Below, one piece after another: positions 28,485-38,292 of a DNA stretch of 64,000 nt (within the stretch, counting starts at the first letter, position 1; each line of letters starts with the position of its first letter). The notes beneath the pieces were generated by a model that worked only from the letters and a program-made list of their open reading frames with translations, was not told the DNA's origin and ran no database searches. The stretch spans positions 36,696-100,695 of the forward strand of contig JAZJZX010000004.1 of the NCBI GenBank assembly GCA_040389445.1, read 5' to 3'. The position numbers and the translations under genes were made by a program. Source of the DNA: Chloroflexota bacterium. GTDB taxonomy: Bacteria > Chloroflexota > Limnocylindria > Limnocylindrales > CSP1-4.

Positions 28485-29723
28485 ATGATCGACGGGCACC
28501 AGGACGGAGCCATGCAGAACCGAGCCGAACCCGCCTGCCTCATCATCGCCGACATCGCCGGCTACACCGGCTACATGGCCGGTGTCGAGCTGGACCACGC
28601 GCAGGACATCCTGGCCGATCTGATGGACACCGTCGTCGGCACGCTCCGACCGCCGTTCCGGCTGGCCAAACTCGAGGGCGATGCGGCGTTTGCCTATGTC
28701 ATGGCGGAGACCGTGGACGGGTCGGCACTCCAGGACACCGTCGAGCGCACCTACTTCGCCTTCCGGCGGCGGCTGCGCGACATCAAGCAGGCGTCGCGCT
28801 GCGAGTGCAACGCCTGCATCCTCATTCCCAGCCTGGACCTGAAGGTCGTGGTCCACCACGGGCTCATCGCGCGACATCGAATCGCCGGCTGGGAGGAACT
28901 CGTCGGGGCCGCCGTGATCCTGGTCCATCGACTCCTCAAGAACCAGGTTGCGGAGGCGACCGGGTTCAAGGCCTATGCCCTGTACACGCAGGACTGCCTC
29001 ACGGCCGCCGGGATCGACCCCGAGGTCCAGGGCCTGAGGCGCCACGTCGAGACAACCGACATCGCGGGTGACGTGACGGTCTGGCTGCGGGACCTTGAAG
29101 CAGCGTGGATGGCCGATCAAACCGGTCACCGGCTCAGCGTGACCGACAAGTCGGCCTATCGGACGTACGTCACGGAGTCGGCCGCGCCGCCGATGCTCGT
29201 CTGGGAGTACCTCACGTCGCCGATCCGGCGGCCGCAATGGGGCCCGGGGGTGACGGCCGTCCTCGAAGCATCGCCGTCCGGTCGACGCGGCGCCGGGACG
29301 GTGAACCATTGCATGCACGGCAAGGACGCCGTGCTCGAGGAGATCCTCGACTGGCAGCCAGGACAATCCTGGACGACGCGGTCCACGATGCCGATGCCGA
29401 ACACGCCGGGCCTGTTGCTGACCGACGAACTGGAGGCGCTGCCGGACGGAGGGACGCGCGTCACCTCGCGCGTCGGCAGGCCGAAGCCGCGCGATCGGGC
29501 GGCCTTCGAAGTGTTCTTCCCGATGGTGGAACCGCTCCTGCTGGAGGCCATGAGCGGCATCAGCCGGGCCCTGGCGGAGGAGCTCGAACGTCGGGCGATG
29601 GAGGCCGAGCCGGAGCCGGCGCTGCCGACGACGAGCGCGCGATTCCTGACGCAGCCCGTCGCGAAGGCGGGGAGTGCGGTGGGGAGTGTCGATTCCGCAC
29701 CGTGGAGTTCGTCGTCTGGATAG
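28485..29723 (+). CDS. Hypothetical two-domain protein: an N-terminal class-III nucleotidyl-cyclase-like (DUF2652-like) domain and a C-terminal SRPBCC-like domain.
   Basis: ACLIIADIAGYTGYM...LAKLEGDAAFAYV resembles the cyclase-homology metal-binding segments. The C-terminal MLVWEYLTSPIRRPQWGPGV is START/Bet v1-like. Confidence 0.45.
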   Translation: MIDGHQDGAMQNRAEPACLIIADIAGYTGYMAGVELDHAQDILADLMDTVVGTLRPPFRLAKLEGDAAFAYVMAETVDGSALQDTVERTYFAFRRRLRDIKQASRCECNACILIPSLDLKVVVHHGLIARHRIAGWEELVGAAVILVHRLLKNQVAEATGFKAYALYTQDCLTAAGIDPEVQGLRRHVETTDIAGDVTVWLRDLEAAWMADQTGHRLSVTDKSAYRTYVTESAAPPMLVWEYLTSPIRRPQWGPGVTAVLEASPSGRRGAGTVNHCMHGKDAVLEEILDWQPGQSWTTRSTMPMPNTPGLLLTDELEALPDGGTRVTSRVGRPKPRDRAAFEVFFPMVEPLLLEAMSGISRALAEELERRAMEAEPEPALPTTSARFLTQPVAKAGSAVGSVDSAPWSSSSG

Positions 29724-29775
29724 GACGGCCGGGCCGTCCTCCTCACGAAGCACCTGCCGAACGGAGACCCGATCG

Positions 29776-30165
29776 ATGCAATACCTGCTCCTGATCTACC
29801 AGGCCGAGGTGGGCGCCCGGACCGCGGCCGACGACGAGGCCATGGCCACTGAACTCGCCGCCTACGGCGCCTTCACGGTCGAGACCCGCGAGCGCCACCA
29901 GTTCATCGCCGGCGAGGCGCTCGAGCCGACGTCCACGGCCACCTCCGTGCGCATTCGCGACGGGCATCTCGCGGTCACGGACGGTCCGTTCGCAGAGACC
30001 AAGGAGGCCCTCGGCGGGTTCTACCTGCTCGAGTGCGCCGATCTCGACGAGGCCATCGAGATGGCGGCCAAGATCCCTGCCGCAAAGCGCGGGACCATCG
30101 AGGTCCGGCCGATCTGGCAGCTTCCGGCGGACTACGCCATGGCGGGCGGAGGCGAGGCGAGCTGA
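29776..30165 (+). CDS. YciI-like (DGPF domain) protein.
   Basis: The sequence [13 protein letters not shown]...[28 protein letters not shown] is a typical YciI/DGPF family member, and it lies next to an ECF sigma factor. Confidence 0.75.
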   Translation: MQYLLLIYQAEVGARTAADDEAMATELAAYGAFTVETRERHQFIAGEALEPTSTATSVRIRDGHLAVTDGPFAETKEALGGFYLLECADLDEAIEMAAKIPAAKRGTIEVRPIWQLPADYAMAGGGEAS

Positions 30166-31535
30166 CCGGGGAAGCGAAGTCGGATGCCGCCGCCGGGCTC
30201 GCCGCCGGGGCCGTTCCCGCCGGGGCCGAGGCCGCCGGGCTCGCCGCCGGGGCCGCCGCCGGGGCCGCCGCCGGGGCCGCCGCCGCGGACACGGTCGCCC
30301 GCCTCTTCCGGGAGGAATCCGGTCGCGTCGTCGCGGGCCTGATCCGGGCGATCGGGGACTTCGAGCTCGCCGAGGAGTCGGTTCAGGATGCGTTCGTCAC
30401 CGCCCTGGAACGGTGGCCCATCGACGGGACACCACCGAACCCGGGAGGGTGGATCACCACGACGGCCCGCAACCGGGCCATCGATCGCCTCCGCCGGGCC
30501 AGGCGGCTCGTCGACAAGACGGAGGCCCTGGGCCGGGCCCGGGTCATCGAGGAAGAGCTCACCGCAGGCGAGCCGGAAGACGAGGAGAACGAGATGCCGA
30601 TCCAGGACGATCGCCTTCGCCTCATCTTCACGTGCTGCCATCCGGCACTGCCGGTGGAGGCCCGCGTTGCGCTTACCCTGCGAACGCTGGGTGGCCTGCA
30701 GACACCGGAGATCGCGCGCGCGTTCCTGGTGCCCGAAGCCACGCTGGCCCAGCGTCTGGTTCGAGCCAAGCGGAAGATCCGCGACGCCGGGATCCCGTAT
30801 CGCGTACCGCCGGATCATCTGCTCCCGGAGCGGCTCGGCGGCGTGCTCCAGGTCATCTATCTGATCTTCAACGAGGGCTACGGCGCGTCGTCCGGCGAAT
30901 CCCTGGTTCGTCGCGAGCTGTGTGCCGAGGCGATCCGCCTGGGGCGCGTGCTGGTTGCGCTGATGCCGGACGAACCCGAGGCCATCGGCCTCCTCGCGCT
31001 GATGCTGCTGCACGATGCTCGACGGGGAGCGCGCGTCGGCGACGACGGCGAACTCGTCCTCCTCGACGATCAGGATCGGTTGCGTTGGGACGCGGTCGGC
31101 ATCCACGAGGGGGCGGCACTCGTCGAACGGGCACTCCGCATGCGCGCCCCGGGGCCGTACCAGCTCCAGGCGGCCATCGCAGCCCTCCACGATCAGGCCG
31201 CCACGCCCCAGGCGACGGATTGGCATCAGATCTCCGGGCTGTACCGGGAACTCGCGCGGCGCTCGCCGTCGCCGGTGGTGGCGCTCAACCACGCCGTGGC
31301 CGTCGCCATGGACGAAGGTGTCGAGGTCGGCCTTGCGCGCATCGAGGAGATCGCCGCGTCGGGCGTCCTGGACGAGTACCCGTACCTCCACGCTGCCCGT
31401 GCGGACCTCCTCCGGCGGCTCGGCCGGTACCTCGAGGCGCGCACGGCCTATGAGCGGGCGCTCGGGTTGACCGCGAACGCCGCGGAACGTCGGTTCCTCC
31501 GTCGCCGCCTGACCGAGGTTGCGGCGACTTCCTGA
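30033..31535 (+). CDS. ECF-type RNA polymerase sigma-70 family factor with a long C-terminal extension (SigJ-like). The start is uncertain.
   Basis: Sigma region 2 reads [43 protein letters not shown], and region 4 reads [35 protein letters not shown]. There is no ATG, GTG or TTG in frame between the GTG at 30033 (which overlaps yciI by 133 nt) and region 2. A Gly/Ala tract encoded by a (GGGGCCGCCGCC)n repeat precedes region 2. Confidence 0.7.
   Translation: MRRSRRGHRDGGQDPCRKARDHRGPADLAASGGLRHGGRRRGELTGEAKSDAAAGLAAGAVPAGAEAAGLAAGAAAGAAAGAAAADTVARLFREESGRVVAGLIRAIGDFELAEESVQDAFVTALERWPIDGTPPNPGGWITTTARNRAIDRLRRARRLVDKTEALGRARVIEEELTAGEPEDEENEMPIQDDRLRLIFTCCHPALPVEARVALTLRTLGGLQTPEIARAFLVPEATLAQRLVRAKRKIRDAGIPYRVPPDHLLPERLGGVLQVIYLIFNEGYGASSGESLVRRELCAEAIRLGRVLVALMPDEPEAIGLLALMLLHDARRGARVGDDGELVLLDDQDRLRWDAVGIHEGAALVERALRMRAPGPYQLQAAIAALHDQAATPQATDWHQISGLYRELARRSPSPVVALNHAVAVAMDEGVEVGLARIEEIAASGVLDEYPYLHAARADLLRRLGRYLEARTAYERALGLTANAAERRFLRRRLTEVAATS
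30236..30292 (+). repeat. (GGGGCCGCCGCC)n simple repeat encoding a Gly/Ala tract at the 5' end of the ECF sigma gene.
   Basis: The DNA ggggccgccgccggggccgccgccggggccgccgccgcg encodes GAAAGAAAGAAAA. Confidence 0.7.
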
Positions 31536-31584
31536 TCCAGCGGGCCGCGGCGTGCTGTCCGTGCGATGTGCAGCGGCGGGGTCC

Positions 31585-32451
31585 TCACTCGTCGGACGCC
31601 GTCGCATCCTCCATCGGGACGGGGCGGCGGGAGCGTGCGGCAACGACGCCCAGACCGATCACCGGCACGACCACGAGTGCCACCAGGATGAGCGGCGACT
31701 GAGCGGCGAGTCGTCGAACGCCGGACTCGATCTCAAGGGCAATGTCGGGCGCCCCGAGGCTCTCGTACAGGCCGCTCAGCGCGTTGCCGCCCTGGAACGC
31801 GATGAAGGCAGCGCCGAGCACCATGAACAGGACACTCGAGATCACCACGGTGACATGCCGGCGAAACGGCCCGACCTGGATCTCGCGGCCACGGAGACGA
31901 GCCCGACCGCCGACCCCGATTCGATCCCAGAGCAGGGCAAGCAGGAACAGCGGCGTCGCCATGCCGGCGGCAAAGATGGCGAGGAGCCCCGCTCCCGCGA
32001 CCGCACCGCCGGAGGTGCCGGCAATCGTGAGCACGCCCCCGAGCAGTGGTCCGGAGCAGAACCCCCCGACGCCGTAGACGATGCCGAGGATATAGGTCGC
32101 CGTCAGGGACTCTCCGCTGACCGCGAACCGTCCGCCCTGCAACCGGGCCGCCCCGGGCACTTCAAACCCGCCGACGGCGAGCTGGTACGCCCCGATCCCG
32201 ATGAGGAGTGCCCCAGCCACGAACGACAGCTCGGCGCGGCGCTCGAGGAACACGCTTCCGAGCGCCCCGAGGCCGAGTCCCAGCGGCACGAACAGGGTCA
32301 CCAGTCCGAGGTAGAACACGACGGTCCGAAGGAGGAGTGCCCCCCGGGAAGGAAAGGCGTAGGCAAAGAACGCGGGCAGGAGCAGGGCCGAACAGGGGCT
32401 GAGCAGCGACAGCACGCCGCCGGTGAATGCTACGAACGGCTCGATCCCCAC
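31585..32451 (-). CDS. ccdA: Cytochrome c-type biogenesis protein CcdA (DsbD transmembrane-domain family).
   Basis: It has the LLSPCSALLLPAFFAY motif, six predicted transmembrane helices, and a second Cys motif (GGFCSGPL). Confidence 0.85.
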   Translation of the reverse strand: MGIEPFVAFTGGVLSLLSPCSALLLPAFFAYAFPSRGALLLRTVVFYLGLVTLFVPLGLGLGALGSVFLERRAELSFVAGALLIGIGAYQLAVGGFEVPGAARLQGGRFAVSGESLTATYILGIVYGVGGFCSGPLLGGVLTIAGTSGGAVAGAGLLAIFAAGMATPLFLLALLWDRIGVGGRARLRGREIQVGPFRRHVTVVISSVLFMVLGAAFIAFQGGNALSGLYESLGAPDIALEIESGVRRLAAQSPLILVALVVVPVIGLGVVAARSRRPVPMEDATASDE

Positions 32452-32463
32452 GATGTCGCGCTC

Positions 32464-33267
32464 CTACCGCAGGCCGAGCTGCGCGTCGATGATGTTCGCA
32501 AACACTTCGAACGGCTGAGCCCCGACGATCCGCTGATTGCCGATGACGAACGTCGGCGTGCCGTTGAACCCCTTCGAACGCACATCCGCGAAGTCGGCTT
32601 CGACGGCCGAGGAGTACGTCCCGGCGTCGACACACGCGTCAAATCGGACGGCATCGAGCGCGAGCGCCGGGCCCATTGCCTTCAAGCGCGCTCTCGAGAA
32701 GGCCCCCTGGTTCTCGCCGTTCTGACTGGAATACAGGAGGTCGTGAAACTCCCAGAACCGACCCTGATCGCCGGCACATCGGGCGGCGTTGGCGGCGTCC
32801 CGCGATTCGGCCCCGATCCACGCGAAGTCATGCCAGACCAGGCGCACTTTGCCCGTGTCGATGTAGGCGGCTCGCAGCTGGGGCTCCACGCTGCGGGCGA
32901 AGGACCCGCACGAAGGGCACTGGAAATCCCCGTATTCGTGGATCACCACCGGAGCCGCTGCGTCGCCCAGGATCGGTCGCACTGCCGAGACCGCGGAGCC
33001 GGAAGAGCCTCCGAGGCCACCGCTCAGGACGAAGATGCCCGCCACCGCGACAAGGGCCACCACGACGAACCCGGGGAGTACGAGCTTGCGGACGATGCTG
33101 GCGGGAGTGGTCCGAGCCACCACCTGGCCGCGTTTCCGGCGGGATCCACCGTCTGCGGCGCGATCCGGCGCGGCGCGATCCGGCGCGGCGCGATCCGGCG
33201 CGGCGCGATCCGGCGCGACGCGATTCGGGGCGGCACGATCCGGGGCGGCACGGCGGCGTTTGCTCAA
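32464..33267 (-). CDS. DsbA-family thiol:disulfide oxidoreductase, membrane-anchored.
   Basis: A thioredoxin fold with a CPSC active site (EYGDFQCPSCGSF) sits after an N-terminal TM anchor. The cytoplasmic tail carries a (RAAPD)n repeat. The gene ends 12 nt upstream of the ccdA start. Confidence 0.8.
   Translation of the reverse strand: MSKRRRAAPDRAAPNRVAPDRAAPDRAAPDRAAPDRAADGGSRRKRGQVVARTTPASIVRKLVLPGFVVVALVAVAGIFVLSGGLGGSSGSAVSAVRPILGDAAAPVVIHEYGDFQCPSCGSFARSVEPQLRAAYIDTGKVRLVWHDFAWIGAESRDAANAARCAGDQGRFWEFHDLLYSSQNGENQGAFSRARLKAMGPALALDAVRFDACVDAGTYSSAVEADFADVRSKGFNGTPTFVIGNQRIVGAQPFEVFANIIDAQLGLR
33158..33250 (-). repeat. 15-bp tandem repeat (~6 copies) encoding (RAAPD)n in the cytoplasmic tail of the DsbA-like protein.
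   Basis: The unit gcgatccggcgcggc is reiterated. Confidence 0.8.
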
Positions 33268-33486
33268 GTCGTCTCTCCATGGCCGCCCGCAAGCGTCCGG
33301 GCTGCGGCTCGTGCGAACCGTATCCGCGCTCGGTCCTCGCGACTGTGGGCCACATCACGCTCGCGCACTGCGCCCGGGCCGGCCGTGCTGCGTGAGGCCC
33401 GCGCGCGATGCTCGGAACCTTGTGGTGCTCCCAACCTCGTGATGCTCCCCACAGTGCGCACGAGGACGCTCCCGTATCGTCGGCCC

Positions 33487-34014
33487 ATGACCGACCATGC
33501 CGCGTTCCACCACGTGGGGCCGATCGCCGCCGAGGTGCGTGCACCCGCTGCACTCATCTACCAGATGCTGGCCGCGATCGGTCAGGGCGCCAAGCGGCCG
33601 GGGGAACGCGCGGAGATCCTCCAGCGTGACGGCAACGATCTGATCTGCGACTTCTGGACGACCGTGCCGCTCCCCTTCGGCCAGTCGCGTCGAGTCCAGA
33701 CGCGTGAATCGGTGCGCCTCGTGCCGCCGGACCGGATCGACTACGAACACCTCAACGGACCCGTCCGCGGCCTGCGGGAATCGATCACCGTCGAATCCGT
33801 CGGCCCGAGGCGGAGCCGTCTCACCTATCGGGGTACGTACCCTTCGGTCGGGCGCCTGGCCGGGTTTGCCTTTCGGGTGATCTCGCGGGCGGCCATCGAG
33901 CGGACCATGCTCGACCACTTCAATGACCTTCGACGCCGGGCGGAAGAGCGCGCTGCGGAAAGTCGTCTCTTTCGCGACGTACCGGCAGCGTCGGATTCGG
34001 AAGGGGCACCGTGA
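33487..34014 (+). CDS. SRPBCC-family (polyketide cyclase/dehydrase-like) protein.
   Basis: The sequence MTDHAAFHHVGPIAAEVRAPAALIYQMLAAIGQGAK... has a Bet v1-like pattern. An alternative ATG lies at 33452. Confidence 0.55.
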   Translation: MTDHAAFHHVGPIAAEVRAPAALIYQMLAAIGQGAKRPGERAEILQRDGNDLICDFWTTVPLPFGQSRRVQTRESVRLVPPDRIDYEHLNGPVRGLRESITVESVGPRRSRLTYRGTYPSVGRLAGFAFRVISRAAIERTMLDHFNDLRRRAEERAAESRLFRDVPAASDSEGAP

Positions 34015-34061
34015 CCGGCATTACGGCCCGAGGCGGCCGCAGGGCGTAGGTTCGGGCCACG

Positions 34062-35273
34062 ATGACTCGCCTGATCCGGCTCGCCATGGCGCTCGCTCTG
34101 GTCGCAACGGCCTGCGGCCCCGGCCGGGCGACCACCTCACCAGGGGGTGACCAGGTGGCTCCGTCCGGTTCGCCCGTCGCCGGGGCGTCGGGTTCCGTGC
34201 TCCCGGACCTCGGTGCGCTGCGTGTCTCGACGGAGGCCTGGCGAACCGATTTCACCCGGACCAACGTGGATCTCGGCGATTTCCTGTCCGGAGGACCCGG
34301 CAAGGACGGGATCCCGGCCATTGACAACCCGGTGTTTGAATCCATCGAGGCGGCACGAATTTGGCTCGGCGATCGCTCGCCGGTCATCAGTTTCGACATC
34401 GGTGGCCAGGCCCGGGCCTATCCACTCGCGGTCCTGATCTGGCACGAGATCGTGAACGACACGGTCGGCGGTGTGCCGGTGGTCGTCACGTTCTGCCCGC
34501 TGTGCAATACCGCGCTTGTCTTCAAGCGCGAACTCGACGGCGTCATTCACGACTTCGGAACCACCGGCAACCTCCGGTACAGCGATCTGGTGATGTACGA
34601 CCGCCAGACGGAATCCTGGTGGCAGCAGGCGACCGGCGGGGCAATCGTCGGTCAGCTCACCGGAGCGCAACTCGAGTTCATCCCGGCGCAGATCATCTCC
34701 CTCGCAAACTTCGCCGCCGCCCATCCGGATGGCACGGTCCTGAGCCGTCGGACCGGGTACTCCCGTGATTACGGTCAGAACCCCTACGTGGGGTACGACA
34801 CGGTGGACCAGAACCCGTTCCTGTTCGAGGGCGTGGTCGACGGCCGCATTCCACCCAAGGAGCGGGTCGTGACCATCGGCGAGGGCGCCCAGGCGCTGGC
34901 GTTCCCGTTCTCCGAACTCCGCAAGGTGGGCGTTGGAGAAGCAAAGCTCGATGCCGAGCCGATCGTGGTGTTCTGGATGCCCGGGACTGCGTCCGCCTTG
35001 AATGGGCCCACCATCGACACGAGTGACGACATCGGTTCCACCGGTGTGTTCCGACCGGTTGCCGGCGGTCGCCAGCTGACATTCCGGCGCGACGGACCCG
35101 GTGAGGATGCCCGGATCGTGGACATCGAGACGGGCTCCGTGTGGTCCGTTACCGGTCGCGCGATTGCCGGCCCGCTGGCGGACGCGCAGCTGGAGCCTGT
35201 TGTCAGCGGGAATCACTTCTGGTTTGCCTGGGCCGCATTCTCGCCCCAGACGACGATCTGGCAGGCTCCGTGA
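34062..35273 (+). CDS. DUF3179-family lipoprotein.
   Basis: A lipobox (LALVATAC) is followed by the DUF3179 hallmark segment PVVVTFCPLCNTALVF...YSDLVMYDRQTESWWQQ. Confidence 0.7.
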   Translation: MTRLIRLAMALALVATACGPGRATTSPGGDQVAPSGSPVAGASGSVLPDLGALRVSTEAWRTDFTRTNVDLGDFLSGGPGKDGIPAIDNPVFESIEAARIWLGDRSPVISFDIGGQARAYPLAVLIWHEIVNDTVGGVPVVVTFCPLCNTALVFKRELDGVIHDFGTTGNLRYSDLVMYDRQTESWWQQATGGAIVGQLTGAQLEFIPAQIISLANFAAAHPDGTVLSRRTGYSRDYGQNPYVGYDTVDQNPFLFEGVVDGRIPPKERVVTIGEGAQALAFPFSELRKVGVGEAKLDAEPIVVFWMPGTASALNGPTIDTSDDIGSTGVFRPVAGGRQLTFRRDGPGEDARIVDIETGSVWSVTGRAIAGPLADAQLEPVVSGNHFWFAWAAFSPQTTIWQAP

Positions 35274-35791
35274 GGTGCGCACCGATCATCGCGGCGATGG
35301 TGCTCGTGATCGCTGGATGCGGGCAACCGGGCGCCGCCCCCTCCGCCGAACGGATCGACTGGCGTGCCGCCTCGCTGACCGACGCCCGAACCGGCGAGAC
35401 CTTCAGCATCGACGATCTACGCGGAAAGCTGGTGGCCGTCGAGCCGATGGCGCTGTGGTGCGTCAACTGCCAGTTCCAGCAGCGTGAGGTTGCCGCGGCG
35501 CTCAAGCTGGTGGGCCAGTCCGATCTCGTCGTTCTCAGCCTGGATGTGGACCCCAATGAGCAGTCGGCCGCGCTGGCGCAGTACGCGGACGACCAGGCCT
35601 TCTCGTGGCGTTTTGCCGTCGCCTCCCGCGACCTGGCTCGTTCCCTGGCGGCCGCATTCGGAGATCAGGTCCTCTCGCCGCCGTCGACACCCATGATCCT
35701 CATCGGTCCGGACGGCACGATCATCGAACAGCACCTGGGGATCCGCGGTTCCGCCGATCTCGCGGACCTCTTCGAGCAGCATGTGCCGTGA
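35270..35791 (+). CDS. TlpA/redoxin-like thioredoxin-fold lipoprotein.
   Basis: The GTG start overlaps the previous stop (GTGA). The signal peptide and lipobox read IIAAMVLVIAGC, and the CxxC motif reads ALWCVNCQ. Confidence 0.7.
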   Translation: MRCAPIIAAMVLVIAGCGQPGAAPSAERIDWRAASLTDARTGETFSIDDLRGKLVAVEPMALWCVNCQFQQREVAAALKLVGQSDLVVLSLDVDPNEQSAALAQYADDQAFSWRFAVASRDLARSLAAAFGDQVLSPPSTPMILIGPDGTIIEQHLGIRGSADLADLFEQHVP

Positions 35792-36639
35792 GCCGGCGTC
35801 GCGCCATGGCCCTGATTGGCGTCCTCCTCCTGCAGGCGTGCGGTCCATCGGCAACTCCTGGCCCGAGCACCAACGGACCGGCCGCCGGAGCCACTGAGGA
35901 CGGTCTGGTCCTGTGGCTCGCCGTGGATCAGGCTGCCGTCCCACCCGGCGGCGAACTGCGGTTCCACGCCCAGGTCAGGAACACGGCGTCGAACCCGGTC
36001 CTGTGGTGGGGTGGCGATTGTCGTCTCGAAGGGGCAATCACCGTTGCGGCCGGCGACGGCGAGGAGCCCTCGGACGGTCTGGACTGGACCGGTGACGCGG
36101 GTGCCCTGAAGGTGCGCCTCCTCGCCGGGTCAGGCAGGCCGGGATCGCCCAGGACCGTGGCGGCCTCTGCCAACGACACCACATGTCGGGTGGACCGGGG
36201 CTTCAACGCCCTTCGGCCGCAGGACGCAATCGACATCGACACCACCTGGTCGGCCAGCGACCTGATCGGCGCGCCGCTTGCGCCGGGCTCCTATCGAGTG
36301 ATCGCCACCTTTCCTCGCGTTCGTTCCAACATCGTCGCGGATCCGGCGTTGATCGATCTCACGAGGGACCTGGCCACGGTCGCCACGGTCGTGGAGATCC
36401 AGGTGGGCCCGGTTGCCGGGTCCAGGGTGTCCGCGGCCGATGCCGTCGACATCGCCCTTGGCACGCCTGCCTTCGCCCGCTGGATCGGAGCGCACCCGGC
36501 ACCCACCTGGAGTGGCACATCGCTCCGCTGGGTGGACGGCACCTGGCACGTCGAGATTCGGACGACGACCGGAGCGTCCGCCAACCTCAATGTGGACGGA
36601 GGCTCCGGGACGATCACGGTGCTCCAGCTTGGGCGCTGA
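35788..36639 (+). CDS. Hypothetical secreted lipoprotein.
   Basis: The GTG overlaps the previous stop (GTGA). The signal and lipobox read SRRRAMALIGVLLLQACG. There are no recognised domains, and the protein is beta-rich. Confidence 0.5.
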   Translation: MSRRRAMALIGVLLLQACGPSATPGPSTNGPAAGATEDGLVLWLAVDQAAVPPGGELRFHAQVRNTASNPVLWWGGDCRLEGAITVAAGDGEEPSDGLDWTGDAGALKVRLLAGSGRPGSPRTVAASANDTTCRVDRGFNALRPQDAIDIDTTWSASDLIGAPLAPGSYRVIATFPRVRSNIVADPALIDLTRDLATVATVVEIQVGPVAGSRVSAADAVDIALGTPAFARWIGAHPAPTWSGTSLRWVDGTWHVEIRTTTGASANLNVDGGSGTITVLQLGR

Positions 36640-36747
36640 ACAGGCCCCCAGGTGCCGCGTGGGGCACGTCCGGCCCGGTACGAGGCAGGCCGGATCCGCG
36701 CTGTGGCGGGGCGGCAAGCCTGCGCCGCCGGCCGGGCGCGAGGGAGA

Positions 36748-37224
36748 TCAGCGGGCGAAGCCCACCTCCTGACGCTGCGCCGCCCGTCCCCACAGGAAGC
36801 CGAGGGCCGCGCCCCACATCAGGTGGCCCGCGAAGAACGCCGCGGCGTTCAGGTTGAGCATCAGCTGGTCCACTGCCGGAACGACCACGAACCACATTGC
36901 GGCGAACACCGCGGCACCCCAGGCCATGCCGGCCACGAGGGTCGCTGCGGTCGAGAGTGCGCGGCGAGCGACGACGACGCCGAAGATCGCACCGAGGATC
37001 ACCGAGTTCATCATGTGGCCCATCAGGCCGATCACGAGCGCCGGAGCGTTGAATTCGATGGGGTTGGATGCTCCCTGGAGGTCGCGAACGACCGTCGCAC
37101 CGATCGCGATCGGGGCCCCGAAGAAGCCGGCTCCGTCGGGAATGACCGCCTCGACGATCATCTCCCACATCGCGATGACCAGGCTGGCGATGATGCCGGC
37201 CGCGATGATGCGCCGCGTACTCAT
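36748..37224 (-). CDS. Small integral membrane protein (~4 TM helices) of unknown function.
   Basis: The 158-aa protein is strongly hydrophobic (IIAAGIIASLVIAMWEMIV..., LMGHMMNSVILGAIFGVVV...). It is the last gene of the rSAM cluster array. Confidence 0.5.
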   Translation of the reverse strand: MSTRRIIAAGIIASLVIAMWEMIVEAVIPDGAGFFGAPIAIGATVVRDLQGASNPIEFNAPALVIGLMGHMMNSVILGAIFGVVVARRALSTAATLVAGMAWGAAVFAAMWFVVVPAVDQLMLNLNAAAFFAGHLMWGAALGFLWGRAAQRQEVGFAR

Positions 37225-37300
37225 GGTGTTCTCCTGCGCTCCCTGCGGACCGCGACACGTGCCGCAGACTCGCCGAACGAGCGTAGGGACGCAGGCCCGG

Positions 37301-38292
37301 TCAGGCTGTAGCGTCCATCACCAGCGATGGCGCTCGAGCCGGCGCGGCGGGCTCGCCCTGGGATCGAGGTGACGGGCGGCGAACGATGGCCGCGAAGTAC
37401 CCGAGGTCGCCCCGATCCACCGCGTCCCGGATGTCGTTCGCGAGGCGACGTGCGTCGGCGGGGCCCAGGCCATCAAAGCCCGGGGACGCCACGAGCCCGC
37501 CCAGCGCTGCGAGGTTGATCCCCAGGTCCCTGGTCGCAATGGCGGCCAGACCGATGCGTGCCTCGGCCCGATCGATGAGCTCCAGGATCGATGCTGATCG
37601 ATCCCACCGTTGTTCCAGAACGAAGCCAGCCTCAGCCACGAGCGCCTCGAACTCGTCCATGCGCCAGGCGTCGGCCACGCACAGCGCTGCCCCCAGGATC
37701 GGGTGCGTGGCAAGAGCGGACACGGCTGCCGGTTCCGTCTCGACGTCGCTCAGGAGGAGTCGGGCATCGGGCTTGAGGACCCGGTACAGCTCCGCCAGGG
37801 CGGGCACGCGCGAGGTCGTGGACAGCACGCACTCAGCCAGGACTCCGTCGAAGGTCTCCGCTTCGAACGGAAGGGCCACGAGGTCGGCGGTCTGCCAGCG
37901 CACCCGGGTGGATTGCTCGCGGTTCGCAGCGCGTGCGATCACCGCGGCGCTCGCGTCCACCGCGTCTACCTGGAGGCCGAACGCAGCTGCGGCCAGCCGC
38001 GCGCTCGCTCCGAGTCCGCAGCCCGCGTCGAGGAGCCGGGCTCCAGGACGAAGCCCCGATGCCGTCAGGAGCTCGCGGGTGCTCGCAAGCCCGCCGGGAT
38101 GGAACGATTCGCCGACGATCAGCTCGGCCAGGGGACTGCCGTACAGCGACGAACAGCAGGCCACCACATCGACGCGGCTCCCGGGACGCTGATCCGGCGC
38201 CGGCGAAAGCCCCGGCGACGGCGCCGGCGAAAGCCCCGGCGACGGCCCCGGCGTCGTCGGCCGGGCGAAGGTGCCTCGAGGCTCCATGGTCA
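37301..38292 (-). CDS. Class I SAM-dependent methyltransferase with a Pro/Ser-rich repeat N-terminus.
   Basis: It has the SAM motif LLDAGCGLGASARL and a methyltransferase fold. The likely start is at the MTMEPRG Met (~38292), adjacent to the radical-SAM stop. The N-terminus contains SPGLSPAPSPGLSPAP, encoded by a 24-bp tandem repeat. Confidence 0.7.

Noticed and set aside
31519-34014. 831-aa plus-strand ORF spanning ccdA, dsbA-like and the SRPBCC gene.
   Set aside because: Only its last ~175 codons (33487..34014) look like a real SRPBCC protein. The remainder is antisense to CcdA and DsbA-like genes that have clear motifs.
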